From an uncultured Candidatus Saccharibacteria bacterium (GTDB lineage Bacteria > Patescibacteriota > Minisyncoccia > Phycocordibacterales > UBA9973): a stretch of DNA of 55,635 bases. The stretch is taken from contig CAYTMO010000002.1 in NCBI GenBank assembly GCA_964439045.1, positions 1 to 55,635 on the forward strand, read 5' to 3'. The position numbers and the translations under genes are program-made. Each line of letters opens with the position of its first letter. Position 1 is the first letter of the stretch. The notes below the pieces were generated by a model, which was given only the letters and a program-made list of their open reading frames with translations, ran no database searches and had not been told where the DNA came from. Shown piece after piece: positions 26,537 through 35,464 of the stretch.

Positions 26537-26965
26537 TTACTTTTTAGACGACTTATAAACGATATAAATTAGAGAAAATACTAGATAAGCGACTGAAACA
26601 ATCAAAGCAATTAAATCTTTTTGTATTGGTATATAAACATCTCCTGCATCCCAAGGAGTTATAATTACAATAAGTAAGTAGATAAGTATATAAAAAATAA
26701 ATGTTTTTTTCCAAGAAACAAAAACCTCTGGTTTTAAAAACACCATAATTAGAGAAGGAATAAAGGCAACTACACCTAGCATTAAAACTAAGATAGAATA
26801 TCCCACCAGATCAACACAAGAGGAATCGTAGTGTCCACAAATACCAAATAAAGTTTCTCTTTGTACCAAAACAAAAAAACCAATAGTACTAAGTAAGCTA
26901 ATTATAAAAACTACTTTTTTTGTAAAAAACTGAAATATCTTTCCCATAAAATTAAAATTTAACAA
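26537..26965 (-). CDS. polytopic small membrane protein
   Basis: Four hydrophobic helices. Overlaps the upstream ORF by 14 nt. Confidence 0.5.
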   Translation of the reverse strand: MLNFNFMGKIFQFFTKKVVFIISLLSTIGFFVLVQRETLFGICGHYDSSCVDLVGYSILVLMLGVVAFIPSLIMVFLKPEVFVSWKKTFIFYILIYLLIVIITPWDAGDVYIPIQKDLIALIVSVAYLVFSLIYIVYKSSKK

Positions 26966-27845
26966 ACCTTTTAAAAATCAAAACCCCTAACACTAACCCT
27001 AATATAATAGCATACCAAATAAAGTTTCCTTTAACTTCTGTATTTATTACAGCGCTAGTAAGAGATAATTCTTCTTTGGGTTCTATGTTTGGCTTCTCTT
27101 CTGTTTCTTCTACCCGCTCATCTTCATAGACTACTTCTTGTTCTATTTCTTTTTCTTTAATTACTTCTACTTCTTTTGTAACTTCTTCTTTTTTTGTAAT
27201 CTCTGCGCCTTGCACCACACCAGAACTTTGTTCTGCATTTTCTGTATTTAAAGCAAACATTATTTGTTCTTGTTTTGGTTCTAATGGCGCAGGAAAGCCT
27301 GAGCCGCCGCCAGAAGAAGAGCTACTAGGAGGATTGTTAGTAGGTGTTTCTTCTGTTGTTTCAGTCTCCTCTTCTTCTGCAACTGGCTCCTCTTCTGTTC
27401 CTTCCTCAACCACTTTCGGGTAAACCTCATCCACTTCCCCATCGGCATTTTGGTCTACTTCAAGCTTGGCTAGTGATAATTTGAAATCTGAATCAATTTT
27501 CATCGTAGCAAGAGTTGTACTTAGACTGGATATATTTTCAAAGGTTGTAGTCTCTACTACATCGTTACCAAGTTGTTTCTCTATGTCTAAAGAAAATGCT
27601 CCACCTGAAATACCTTGAAGCTTCAATGTGTAAGACACTCCAGTAGGAGTAGAAATGAATTGAGTATCACCAAATGTCTTATAGACTACATTTGGTATTT
27701 CTTGTTTGATTTCTCCTGCTATAGGGTCAAGTCCTGTGTATCTGCCTTCAGAGTCTGTGATGCCGAGTGCAAGTGGTGAGTGGAGAATGTAGTGGAGACG
27801 AGCATCTTCTATTTCTATTTTTAAATTAGATTCTGTATCAGTCAC
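26952..27845 (-). CDS. C-terminal part of a surface protein (acidic/Pro-Ser linker and C-terminal TM anchor); frame open up to 27968
   Basis: Listed GTG start has no SD. The same frame as the upstream gene continues without a stop back to the TAA at 27969-27971. Confidence 0.5.
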   Translation of the reverse strand: MTDTESNLKIEIEDARLHYILHSPLALGITDSEGRYTGLDPIAGEIKQEIPNVVYKTFGDTQFISTPTGVSYTLKLQGISGGAFSLDIEKQLGNDVVETTTFENISSLSTTLATMKIDSDFKLSLAKLEVDQNADGEVDEVYPKVVEEGTEEEPVAEEEETETTEETPTNNPPSSSSSGGGSGFPAPLEPKQEQIMFALNTENAEQSSGVVQGAEITKKEEVTKEVEVIKEKEIEQEVVYEDERVEETEEKPNIEPKEELSLTSAVINTEVKGNFIWYAIILGLVLGVLIFKRFVKF

Positions 27846-27968
27846 AATGTTTGTAGAATCAGAGAAAGATAAGTTTGTATTTACTTTGGATTTAATAAAT
27901 TCCCGAAGATTTTGTATTTCTAGAATATCTTTGTGGTCTCTATTAATATTAAAAAATGGTTTATTGTA

Positions 27969-30326
27969 TTATTTTAAATCCACCCACCACCTCTCCACAT
28001 TCGGATTATCATTAGGTGACATCCAAAGTGCGCTAGGGGTGACTACAGTAGCGTCACCATCTACCACAAATCTAGGATTGACGGCTATTTTGTTATGCTT
28101 CATAGAATAATTTATTCCTGCTATTGTCTCCTCTCCCCAGCCTGCTACTTGGATTACTTTGGTATCAGTATGTGGTTGCCAGTTGTCTATAATAGTGTGA
28201 GTATCTTTGGCTTGTTGGTATAAGACAGGGTTACCGATAACTGGTAAATTGGTGTCTTTGTAAGCTGGCTTTGTTCTGCCATCTGCACCAAAAATATAAC
28301 TTTCTAATTCTGCATAGCTACTGATATCAAAACCATATTCTTCGATAAAAGAATCGAGGACTTCTGTGTCTTTAAAAGAAATTATTCTCTCTGGAGCAAA
28401 GGGAATCTTGTTTACCAAAGTTTCAAAATACTTTTCGGACGGAAGAAGATTGTAAGCTACAGGCATATTCTCGGCAAGCCATCTTTGTCTTTCGTTTTTC
28501 ATTATGAGTCCGAAGCCTACATCCCTACCGTGTAGTAGTGACACAAGCGCTTCTGGGGTGCCGAGCTGTGGCATAGCCACCAAGATAACTTTATCTATCT
28601 TTTCATAAAGAGGATTGTTGGTATCTTTTAACTTTTGTATCAAAGCTTTCGCTACTAAGCCACCATTGCTATGGGTTACTATGGTCACTTTTCCATTTCG
28701 AGAAGTAGCTTGTAAGTCTTGTAGGGTTTTTAAAATAAAAGATTCGGAGAATTCTTGAGTTTGGCTGTATGAAAGCTTGCCGTCTGTAGCTTTACCATTT
28801 GTAATAATGTCTTCTAATGAAAGCCTCCAATCGTAAGGAATAAATGCATAGTCTTCGATAATACTTTCATCTTGTTTCCATTTTTGTAAATCTGCAAGGA
28901 AGGATTTGTAAATATTAAGTGGGCCTATCTCATCAACTATTCCAGTCTCAGCCTCGATACCATCATATTGTGTATCGTCTTTAGTATAAATACTGTATGC
29001 ACTTTTACCCGTTGCATCACTTCTTAATAACTCTTGTTTAGAATCACTTGTATATGACCAGAGCTCTTCATCTTGAAAGCAATTAGTAAGTGGTGCTACT
29101 GGTACACAATCTTCAAAGCCTGTTTGTCTATATAATTTACTCCCCATCATCCCCGGCAGGAACATCACATTTGAATTACAGTCTATAGTACAAGGTTCGG
29201 GTACAAAAAATGGATCAGTAGTGAGCCAAGGATCAAAAGACACATTGTCTGATACAGCATTACCTAAGCCTGATTGATTAGTATCGTGGTATGGTCCAGT
29301 AGCATCACCCCAAAAGTTTTGAATAGCATCTACAGCACCAAATACTCCAAACAAAGTATTATTACTAATTAAACTATTGCGGATAATGACATTACCGGAA
29401 TTTTGATATACACCATATTGATTGTTTATAAACTTAGAATGATTGATATTAGTATCTCCTCCAATTTGGATTAAGCCGTAAGAATCATTTTCTACAAACT
29501 CACTATTTGCAATGTGCACTATACCGTTCTGGTTATTTATTCCATATTTTGAATATTTTAAAACTATATGTTTTAAATCCCCGAGTGAGTTGTTGTTAAA
29601 TTTAACATTACCCCAGCTACCTTTTTGAGCTATTGTTTTGTCATTATCTAAATTTGTATCACCTATTAATGTATCGTCTGAAATAGAAGTAAAATAGACT
29701 TTCTCTCCTTCTGTGCCATTAATATTTAAATATGAGGTAGAGCCTACTGTAATATGAGAAATTGAATTTCTAAATTTAATAATTACTCCTGGTTCTATCG
29801 TAAGCGTAGATCCGTTCGTGATATATAATTGGTCAACTATGTATGGGTTGTTATCTTTGGTCCAAGTAATATTCTCAGTCACATCTCCTGAATATGTAAC
29901 AGTATTTGTTTGTTTTAATGGTGTACACAATCCTTCTACCGGACAATCAAAAGCCATATACCCATAAGCTTCTTGATAATCACCATCTAAATATGGAATT
30001 AAATAATATATACCAGCACTGCCATCTAGTAGCTGCCCATTCGCTGGATCAAAATTACCAAAGTTTTTTGTACCAGCATTAATATTACCAATACAAATAC
30101 CATTACCACGTGTCGGTGATCTGAAAACTATATTATCAATTGTGTCTTTAGCAATTTGAAATGAGTTAAAATGAATACTATTTAGATATGGCGGAGTATC
30201 GCAATACACAGCTCCGTTAGTGTTTAATGTGTACGGTATCTCATAAGAAAAATCTGCGTAAGATGTTGTTGGCAGAAAAATTAATACAGAAAATATAGCT
30301 AGCCACAAATACTTTAAAAGTGACAT
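27969..30326 (-). CDS. secreted beta-helix repeat protein fused to an alpha/beta-hydrolase (lipase/LCAT-like) domain
   Basis: Signal peptide. Parallel beta-helix repeats (NSEFVENDSYG...INNQYGVYQNSGN...SNNTLFGV). Nucleophile elbow VTHSNGG. Confidence 0.75.
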   Translation of the reverse strand: MSLLKYLWLAIFSVLIFLPTTSYADFSYEIPYTLNTNGAVYCDTPPYLNSIHFNSFQIAKDTIDNIVFRSPTRGNGICIGNINAGTKNFGNFDPANGQLLDGSAGIYYLIPYLDGDYQEAYGYMAFDCPVEGLCTPLKQTNTVTYSGDVTENITWTKDNNPYIVDQLYITNGSTLTIEPGVIIKFRNSISHITVGSTSYLNINGTEGEKVYFTSISDDTLIGDTNLDNDKTIAQKGSWGNVKFNNNSLGDLKHIVLKYSKYGINNQNGIVHIANSEFVENDSYGLIQIGGDTNINHSKFINNQYGVYQNSGNVIIRNSLISNNTLFGVFGAVDAIQNFWGDATGPYHDTNQSGLGNAVSDNVSFDPWLTTDPFFVPEPCTIDCNSNVMFLPGMMGSKLYRQTGFEDCVPVAPLTNCFQDEELWSYTSDSKQELLRSDATGKSAYSIYTKDDTQYDGIEAETGIVDEIGPLNIYKSFLADLQKWKQDESIIEDYAFIPYDWRLSLEDIITNGKATDGKLSYSQTQEFSESFILKTLQDLQATSRNGKVTIVTHSNGGLVAKALIQKLKDTNNPLYEKIDKVILVAMPQLGTPEALVSLLHGRDVGFGLIMKNERQRWLAENMPVAYNLLPSEKYFETLVNKIPFAPERIISFKDTEVLDSFIEEYGFDISSYAELESYIFGADGRTKPAYKDTNLPVIGNPVLYQQAKDTHTIIDNWQPHTDTKVIQVAGWGEETIAGINYSMKHNKIAVNPRFVVDGDATVVTPSALWMSPNDNPNVERWWVDLK

Positions 30327-30371
30327 TACTCCATCAATATACCAAAAAGGTAAGTTTTGTAAATAGATAAT

Positions 30372-30872
30372 TTATTTAACCAAACACCCGAATAGTATAA
30401 CCCCAAGTGCCACAGAGACATTAAGAGACTCCTTTTTGCCTTTCATTGGTATCTCGGCTACGATGTCGCAATGTTTTAAAATATTTTTTGGAATACCGGT
30501 AACTTCGGCTCCTACGATGAATACATTTTTGTTTTGTAACTTTACTTTTTTATAATTTACAGAGTTTAATGCTTGTTCGATGCCTATTATTTGGTACCCT
30601 TCTTTTTTTAACTTTTTGATTAACGCTATAACATCTTTCTTTTGCTCCCATTTTACAAAGTCTTCTGCTCCAAGTGCTGACTTATGAAAGTCATTCCTTT
30701 TCCTGCCGAATCTATCAACTGGTGCTGGTGTGTACCCAGTAATAAATATCTTGTCTACCCCTGCAGCATCAGAAGTACGGAACATTGCACCTACATTTTC
30801 TACACTTCTGATGTTATTTAATATCAAAATATTTTCTTGTTTTTTCTTTTTCATTTTTTTGTAGTATAGCAA
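30372..30872 (-). CDS. SpoU/TrmH family RNA 2'-O-methyltransferase
   Basis: NVGAMFRTSDAAG, IVGAEVTGI and SLNVSVALGVILF motifs. Confidence 0.85.
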   Translation of the reverse strand: MLYYKKMKKKKQENILILNNIRSVENVGAMFRTSDAAGVDKIFITGYTPAPVDRFGRKRNDFHKSALGAEDFVKWEQKKDVIALIKKLKKEGYQIIGIEQALNSVNYKKVKLQNKNVFIVGAEVTGIPKNILKHCDIVAEIPMKGKKESLNVSVALGVILFGCLVK

Positions 30873-31089
30873 TATTTAGTCTTTCGTGAAAATAAACAAC
30901 ATCTTGCTTTGTGTAAAAAATCTGTTAAACTCACATTATGATTAATATAGTTTTAAATTTAATATTCCGCCGAAGAGCAACTTCAAACAATTTGAGGTCG
31001 CTTAGAGTGTTTAATTAAAAACTTAACTAAATTATATTAAATTTTCAAAAGCGGCCTTAAGGTCGTTTTTTTGTTCTTTTAGCCTTGAG

Positions 31090-31136
31090 TTTGGTGATTT
31101 TAGAAATCATCTTATTTGATTTTTAAAATCACCAAA
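31090..31136. repeat. long AT-rich hairpin
   Basis: TTTGGTGATTTTA/TAAAATCACCAAA 13-bp perfect arms with an inner AAATCA/TGATTT pairing. Confidence 0.6.
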
Positions 31137-31147
31137 TTCCTGCAACA

Positions 31148-31297
31148 ATGAATTTTTTTAAGAGATTTTTTCTAAGCTCCAAGGGGGCAATCAACAAAAA
31201 AAAAGAGCCAAATAAAAAAACTACTGACCAAAAAAAGAAGCTTAGAAAGCTTCGAAAGTGGGACAAAAGAGACAAGCAATCTCTTCCGACTGGGTAG
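31148..31297 (+). CDS. candidate small Lys-rich protein (49 aa)
   Basis: MNFFKRFFLSSKGAINKKKEPNKK... is followed by a plus-strand terminator. Confidence 0.3.
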   Translation: MNFFKRFFLSSKGAINKKKEPNKKTTDQKKKLRKLRKWDKRDKQSLPTG

Positions 31298-31310
31298 TAG
31301 ACTTATCACG

Positions 31311-31345
31311 ATTCCCTCACTTTATTAAGGTGAGGGAATTATTTT
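31311..31345 (+). terminator. intrinsic terminator overlapping the uvrC stop codon
   Basis: ATTCCCTCAC/GTGAGGGAAT 10-bp stem then TATTTT. Confidence 0.7.
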
Positions 31346-32664
31346 AAAAAATTCTTATTTCGTTTTTGTTTATGGAAATTAATAGCAAATCTATGAGACT
31401 CGGCGTTCAATGCTATTATTTCTTTTTTATACTTTTGAGCTATTGTAGTGTCTCCTAAAATTTCTCTGGCTTTATGTTTATCATCTTTTACCACTCCTAC
31501 AACTGGGATATTTAGTTTAAAATCTTGTAAAACTTTCTTAGCTACATTTACCTGCATAATGTTTCCATCTACTACTATCAAACTAGGTGTATGCCACTCT
31601 GTATGCTTAAATCTTCTTTCCAATACTTCTCGGAGCGCTCCTGTATCATTTGCATTTTGCTGACTTCTAATAATGAACTTTTTATATTCATTTTTTTCTA
31701 ATTCACCGTTTTTCGATACCACCATCACCCCCACCATATTCTGCCCAGACATATGAGCAATATCGTAAGCTTCTATTCTAAGAGTTGGATTAGCAAGACT
31801 TTTTCGAGCAGTGGTGCTGTGTAACAGAATATCCCGAGAAAAAGTCTTGCTGACAGAATCATCTTTAATCAAAGCCACATCATTAATATGCCCTAAAGCG
31901 AAAATCTGTCTTTTTATCTCCCCTGCTTTCTCAAATTCTTTTTGCTTTGCATACAATTTCATTTCTTTTTGCAAACTTTTTAAAATTGATTGCTTTTTGC
32001 CTTCAAAAAAAAGTTTTATGTTTTTGATATTTTTTAGCAAAATTTCTTTTTGTTCTGGAGCAAGTTTTATTTGTCTATAAAATTCATATGTTCCTTTGAC
32101 TTTAGACTTTTCATCCAAAAATGGAAATATCTTTCGTACTAATTCCAAAGCAGTTTTGAGTTGAGAACCATTGGGGAATGGGCCGTATATATTTGTGAAA
32201 GAAACAGGGAAATTTTTCGTCGCGTCGGAGCCCTTTAGGGTAAAATGCGAAAAATTTCCCTGTTTCTGTAACTCTTTGCCTCTCACTATCAAAACTTTCG
32301 GCAACTCTTCTTTGGTAATACAAACATAATTAAAGCTCTTATCGTCTTTTTCTTTTGTATTAAAGTATGGCTGGTATTTTTTAATTAAGCTCGCTTCAAG
32401 TATCAAAGCTTCTAGAACACTATCAGTTTCCTGCCATTTTATACTATTTGCTCTAAAAACCATTTCTAAAATTAGTGGCCCACGAGTTTCGATCAAATCT
32501 TTACTAAAATAACTTCGTACTCTGTCTTTCAGGCTTGTTGCTTTACCGACATATAACAACCCCCCACCTTTATAGCCCCCTTCGCCAAGCTTCGTTGGGC
32601 CAAGGAAAAAGTAAACTCCAGGTTTTTCTGGCAAATTAAATTTTTTAAAATCATTTAATTTCAT
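31339..32664 (-). CDS. uvrC: excinuclease ABC subunit C, short form without C-terminal (HhH)2
   Basis: GIY-YIG (PGVYFF...LLYVGKATSLKDRVRSYF), UVR motif (FEKAGEIKRQI), endonuclease domain ending HRFAINFHKQKR. 441 aa. Confidence 0.9.
   Translation of the reverse strand: MKLNDFKKFNLPEKPGVYFFLGPTKLGEGGYKGGGLLYVGKATSLKDRVRSYFSKDLIETRGPLILEMVFRANSIKWQETDSVLEALILEASLIKKYQPYFNTKEKDDKSFNYVCITKEELPKVLIVRGKELQKQGNFSHFTLKGSDATKNFPVSFTNIYGPFPNGSQLKTALELVRKIFPFLDEKSKVKGTYEFYRQIKLAPEQKEILLKNIKNIKLFFEGKKQSILKSLQKEMKLYAKQKEFEKAGEIKRQIFALGHINDVALIKDDSVSKTFSRDILLHSTTARKSLANPTLRIEAYDIAHMSGQNMVGVMVVSKNGELEKNEYKKFIIRSQQNANDTGALREVLERRFKHTEWHTPSLIVVDGNIMQVNVAKKVLQDFKLNIPVVGVVKDDKHKAREILGDTTIAQKYKKEIIALNAESHRFAINFHKQKRNKNFLK
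32200..32267. repeat. inverted-repeat-bounded in-frame element inside uvrC
   Basis: Perfect 20-bp arms AGAAACAGGGAAATTTTTCG/CGAAAAATTTCCCTGTTTCT. The core contains GTCGGAGCCC and GGGTAAAA. Confidence 0.8.
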
Positions 32665-32667
32665 AAA

Positions 32668-35394
32668 TTACTTTTTCTTTAGAACTTTCTTTAAATACTT
32701 GCCAGTGTAGCTGTTTGTATTATTTGCCACTTCTTCTGGTGTGCCTTTAGCAATCAACTTTCCACCATTTACTCCTCCCTCAGGACCAATATCTATAATA
32801 TAGTCAGAACACTTTACTATGTCTAAGTTGTGCTCAATCAATACAACTGTATTACCTTTGCTTACAAGCTGATTTAAAACTTCAAGGAGTTTTGCCACAT
32901 CATCATAATGCAATCCTACTGTAGGCTCGTCTAATAAGTAAATAGTCTTTTCTAAATGTGGACGATATAATTCACTAGAAATCTTTACTCTTTGTGCCTC
33001 ACCACCTGAGAGAGTGGTGGCAGATTGACCAAGCTCCAAGTATCCAAGACCCACATCCATAAGAGTCTTTAATCTATCTGAAATAGCCGGAATATCTTTG
33101 AAAAAAGTTAACCCTTCTTCTACAGTCATTTTCAAAACTTCATAAATATTTTTCTTTTTGTATTTTACTGTAAGAGTTTCCTTATCAAATCTTTTACCTC
33201 GACAAACATCACAAGTCACATACACAGTCGGCAAGAAATGCATTTCTACTGCTATCTCTCCATTGCCTTCGCAAGCTTCACATCTACCACCTTTTACATT
33301 AAAAGAAAATCTATTGGCCTTCCATCCACGAAAACGAGCTTCTTCTGTCTCAGCAAACAAATCACGAATATGAGTAAATGTCCCAGTATATGTGGCAATG
33401 TTACTTCTTGGAGTTCTGCCTATTGGAGACTGATCTATAAGAATTGCACGAGTTAAATACTCTGTACCAGTGAATGAAGCACAGTTAAATACTTGCGCTG
33501 TCCGGTATTTCCTCTCAAGTCTGCCTTGCAGATTTTTATATAAGATCTCATACATAAAAGAACTTTTACCTGAGCCAGAAACTCCGGTGATAGAAGTCAT
33601 CACGCCGAGCGGTACTTCTACATTCATATTCTCTATATTAAAAACTTTTCCTCCAACAATACGAAGCACACCTTTCGCTTCGCGTCTTTTCTCTGGAATT
33701 TCTATTCTTGCTTCTTCGCGAAGATACGCAAGTGTGCGAGAATTATTTGTATTCTTTTTTGCAGTAAGCAATTCATCAAGCCAACCTTGAGCAACGACGT
33801 CTCCTCCGTGCACTCCAGCCTTCGGACCAATGTCTACAATGTAATCCGATGCATAAATAGTATCTTCGTCGTGTTCTACTACTAAAATAGTATTTCCCAA
33901 ATCTCGCAAGTTAAGTAATGTTTTTATCAGTCTATCGTTGTCTCTCTGATGCAATCCTATCGTTGGTTCATCCAATACATAAAGCGCACCTACAAGCCTA
34001 GAACCTAGTTGTGAGGCAAGGCGTATGCGTTGCGCTTCTCCACCTGAGAGGGTGTTTGCTTTACGAGAAAGTTGCAGATAGTCGAGTCCCACATCAAGCA
34101 TAAAAAGAAGCCTTGCTTCTATCTCACGAACCACAGGTAATGAAATTTCTTTTTCTTGATCTGTAAGTTTTAAATTTTTGAAAAATTGATAGGCCTCTGC
34201 AATAGACAAAGATGCAAGGTCTAAAATATTTATTTTATCTTTTACTTCTTTTTTATTCTTAACACTTTTATTTTCTTTAGTATTTTTATTTTCTAAAGTA
34301 TTGCCAGTCAAAAACACATTCAATGCTTCTTTTCTAAGTCTTGCGCCATTGCAAGAATCACAAGGCTCATCCCCTCCGAAATACTTTGAACCCAAGCCGT
34401 TACAATCTGGGCAGGCACCATACGGAGAGTTAAAAGAGAAAAGTCTTGGCTCTACTTCTGGAAAAGAAAATCCATCATTCTTACAAGCAAACTTTGCAGA
34501 CATTACGAATTCTTCTGTACCTATTTTTATAGTTACCAATTGATCAGATTCTAAAAGAGACCTTTCAAGTGCTTCTGCAAGGCGCGCCCTGCTCGCATCT
34601 TTATTATCGACAAATTCGTGTACTAAAAAATGGTCTACTAAAATATCTATATTATGTGCTTTATTTTTAGAAAGGGTTATTTGTTCGCGCAGCTTTTTCA
34701 TCACACCGTCTAGGCGGATTTCTGAGAATCCTTTGCCGAGCAAGTCATATAGAAGCTGATAGTATTCTCCTTTGCGTCCACGAACAATTGGAGAAAAAAT
34801 ACTGATTTCTGTCTCATCCCATTCTACGCCCATTACTTTTCGTTTTTTATTTGCAGGAACTTGGGAAGCAAAATCCTGATCCGTGTCGGAGCCCGTCGGA
34901 TTTTGACGGGTAAAACGGGCAGAATTTTGCTTTCCAAGTTCTTTGATTTTCTCAAGTATAAAATTTAAAATTTCTTCATTAGAAAGTTTTTTAATTTCTT
35001 CGCCACATTGTGGACAATGCGGATGCCCAATACGAGCGTACATCACACGCATATAGTCATATATTTCAGTAATAGTAGCTACGGTAGAGCGAGGGTTGTT
35101 GGATCTTGATTTTTGATCTATAGAAATAGCTGGAGAGAGTCCCGTGATTTCATCTACATCGGGCTTGGGCATTTGATTTAGAAATTGTCTTGCATAAGAA
35201 GAAAGACTCTCTACATACCTCCTCTGCCCTTCGGCAAAAATAGTATCGAAAGCAAGAGAGCTTTTACCAGAGCCTGAGACGCCAGTAATAACCACCATTT
35301 TGTTTCGTGGCATTTCTACATTTATATTCTTCAAATTGTGCGTCCGTGCACCCCTCACTATGATGCTATCATGCTTGTTTAACTTTTCTTTCAT
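32668..35394 (-). CDS. uvrA: excinuclease ABC subunit A
   Basis: [34 protein letters not shown], two ABC modules and zinc modules. 908 aa. Confidence 0.97.
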   Translation of the reverse strand: MKEKLNKHDSIIVRGARTHNLKNINVEMPRNKMVVITGVSGSGKSSLAFDTIFAEGQRRYVESLSSYARQFLNQMPKPDVDEITGLSPAISIDQKSRSNNPRSTVATITEIYDYMRVMYARIGHPHCPQCGEEIKKLSNEEILNFILEKIKELGKQNSARFTRQNPTGSDTDQDFASQVPANKKRKVMGVEWDETEISIFSPIVRGRKGEYYQLLYDLLGKGFSEIRLDGVMKKLREQITLSKNKAHNIDILVDHFLVHEFVDNKDASRARLAEALERSLLESDQLVTIKIGTEEFVMSAKFACKNDGFSFPEVEPRLFSFNSPYGACPDCNGLGSKYFGGDEPCDSCNGARLRKEALNVFLTGNTLENKNTKENKSVKNKKEVKDKINILDLASLSIAEAYQFFKNLKLTDQEKEISLPVVREIEARLLFMLDVGLDYLQLSRKANTLSGGEAQRIRLASQLGSRLVGALYVLDEPTIGLHQRDNDRLIKTLLNLRDLGNTILVVEHDEDTIYASDYIVDIGPKAGVHGGDVVAQGWLDELLTAKKNTNNSRTLAYLREEARIEIPEKRREAKGVLRIVGGKVFNIENMNVEVPLGVMTSITGVSGSGKSSFMYEILYKNLQGRLERKYRTAQVFNCASFTGTEYLTRAILIDQSPIGRTPRSNIATYTGTFTHIRDLFAETEEARFRGWKANRFSFNVKGGRCEACEGNGEIAVEMHFLPTVYVTCDVCRGKRFDKETLTVKYKKKNIYEVLKMTVEEGLTFFKDIPAISDRLKTLMDVGLGYLELGQSATTLSGGEAQRVKISSELYRPHLEKTIYLLDEPTVGLHYDDVAKLLEVLNQLVSKGNTVVLIEHNLDIVKCSDYIIDIGPEGGVNGGKLIAKGTPEEVANNTNSYTGKYLKKVLKKK
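34857..34941. repeat. inverted-repeat-bounded in-frame element inside uvrA
   Basis: 18-bp arms GAACTTGGGAAGCAAAAT/ATTTTGCTTTCCAAGTTC (one G-T). The core has GTCGGAGCCC, a CCCGTC/GACGGG hairpin and GGGTAAAA. Confidence 0.8.
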
Positions 35395-35464
35395 ATATAT
35401 TCCTTAAACAACAATTATAGCAGAAAAATCAATAAAAATCTCTAAATATGATATAATCAGAAAT

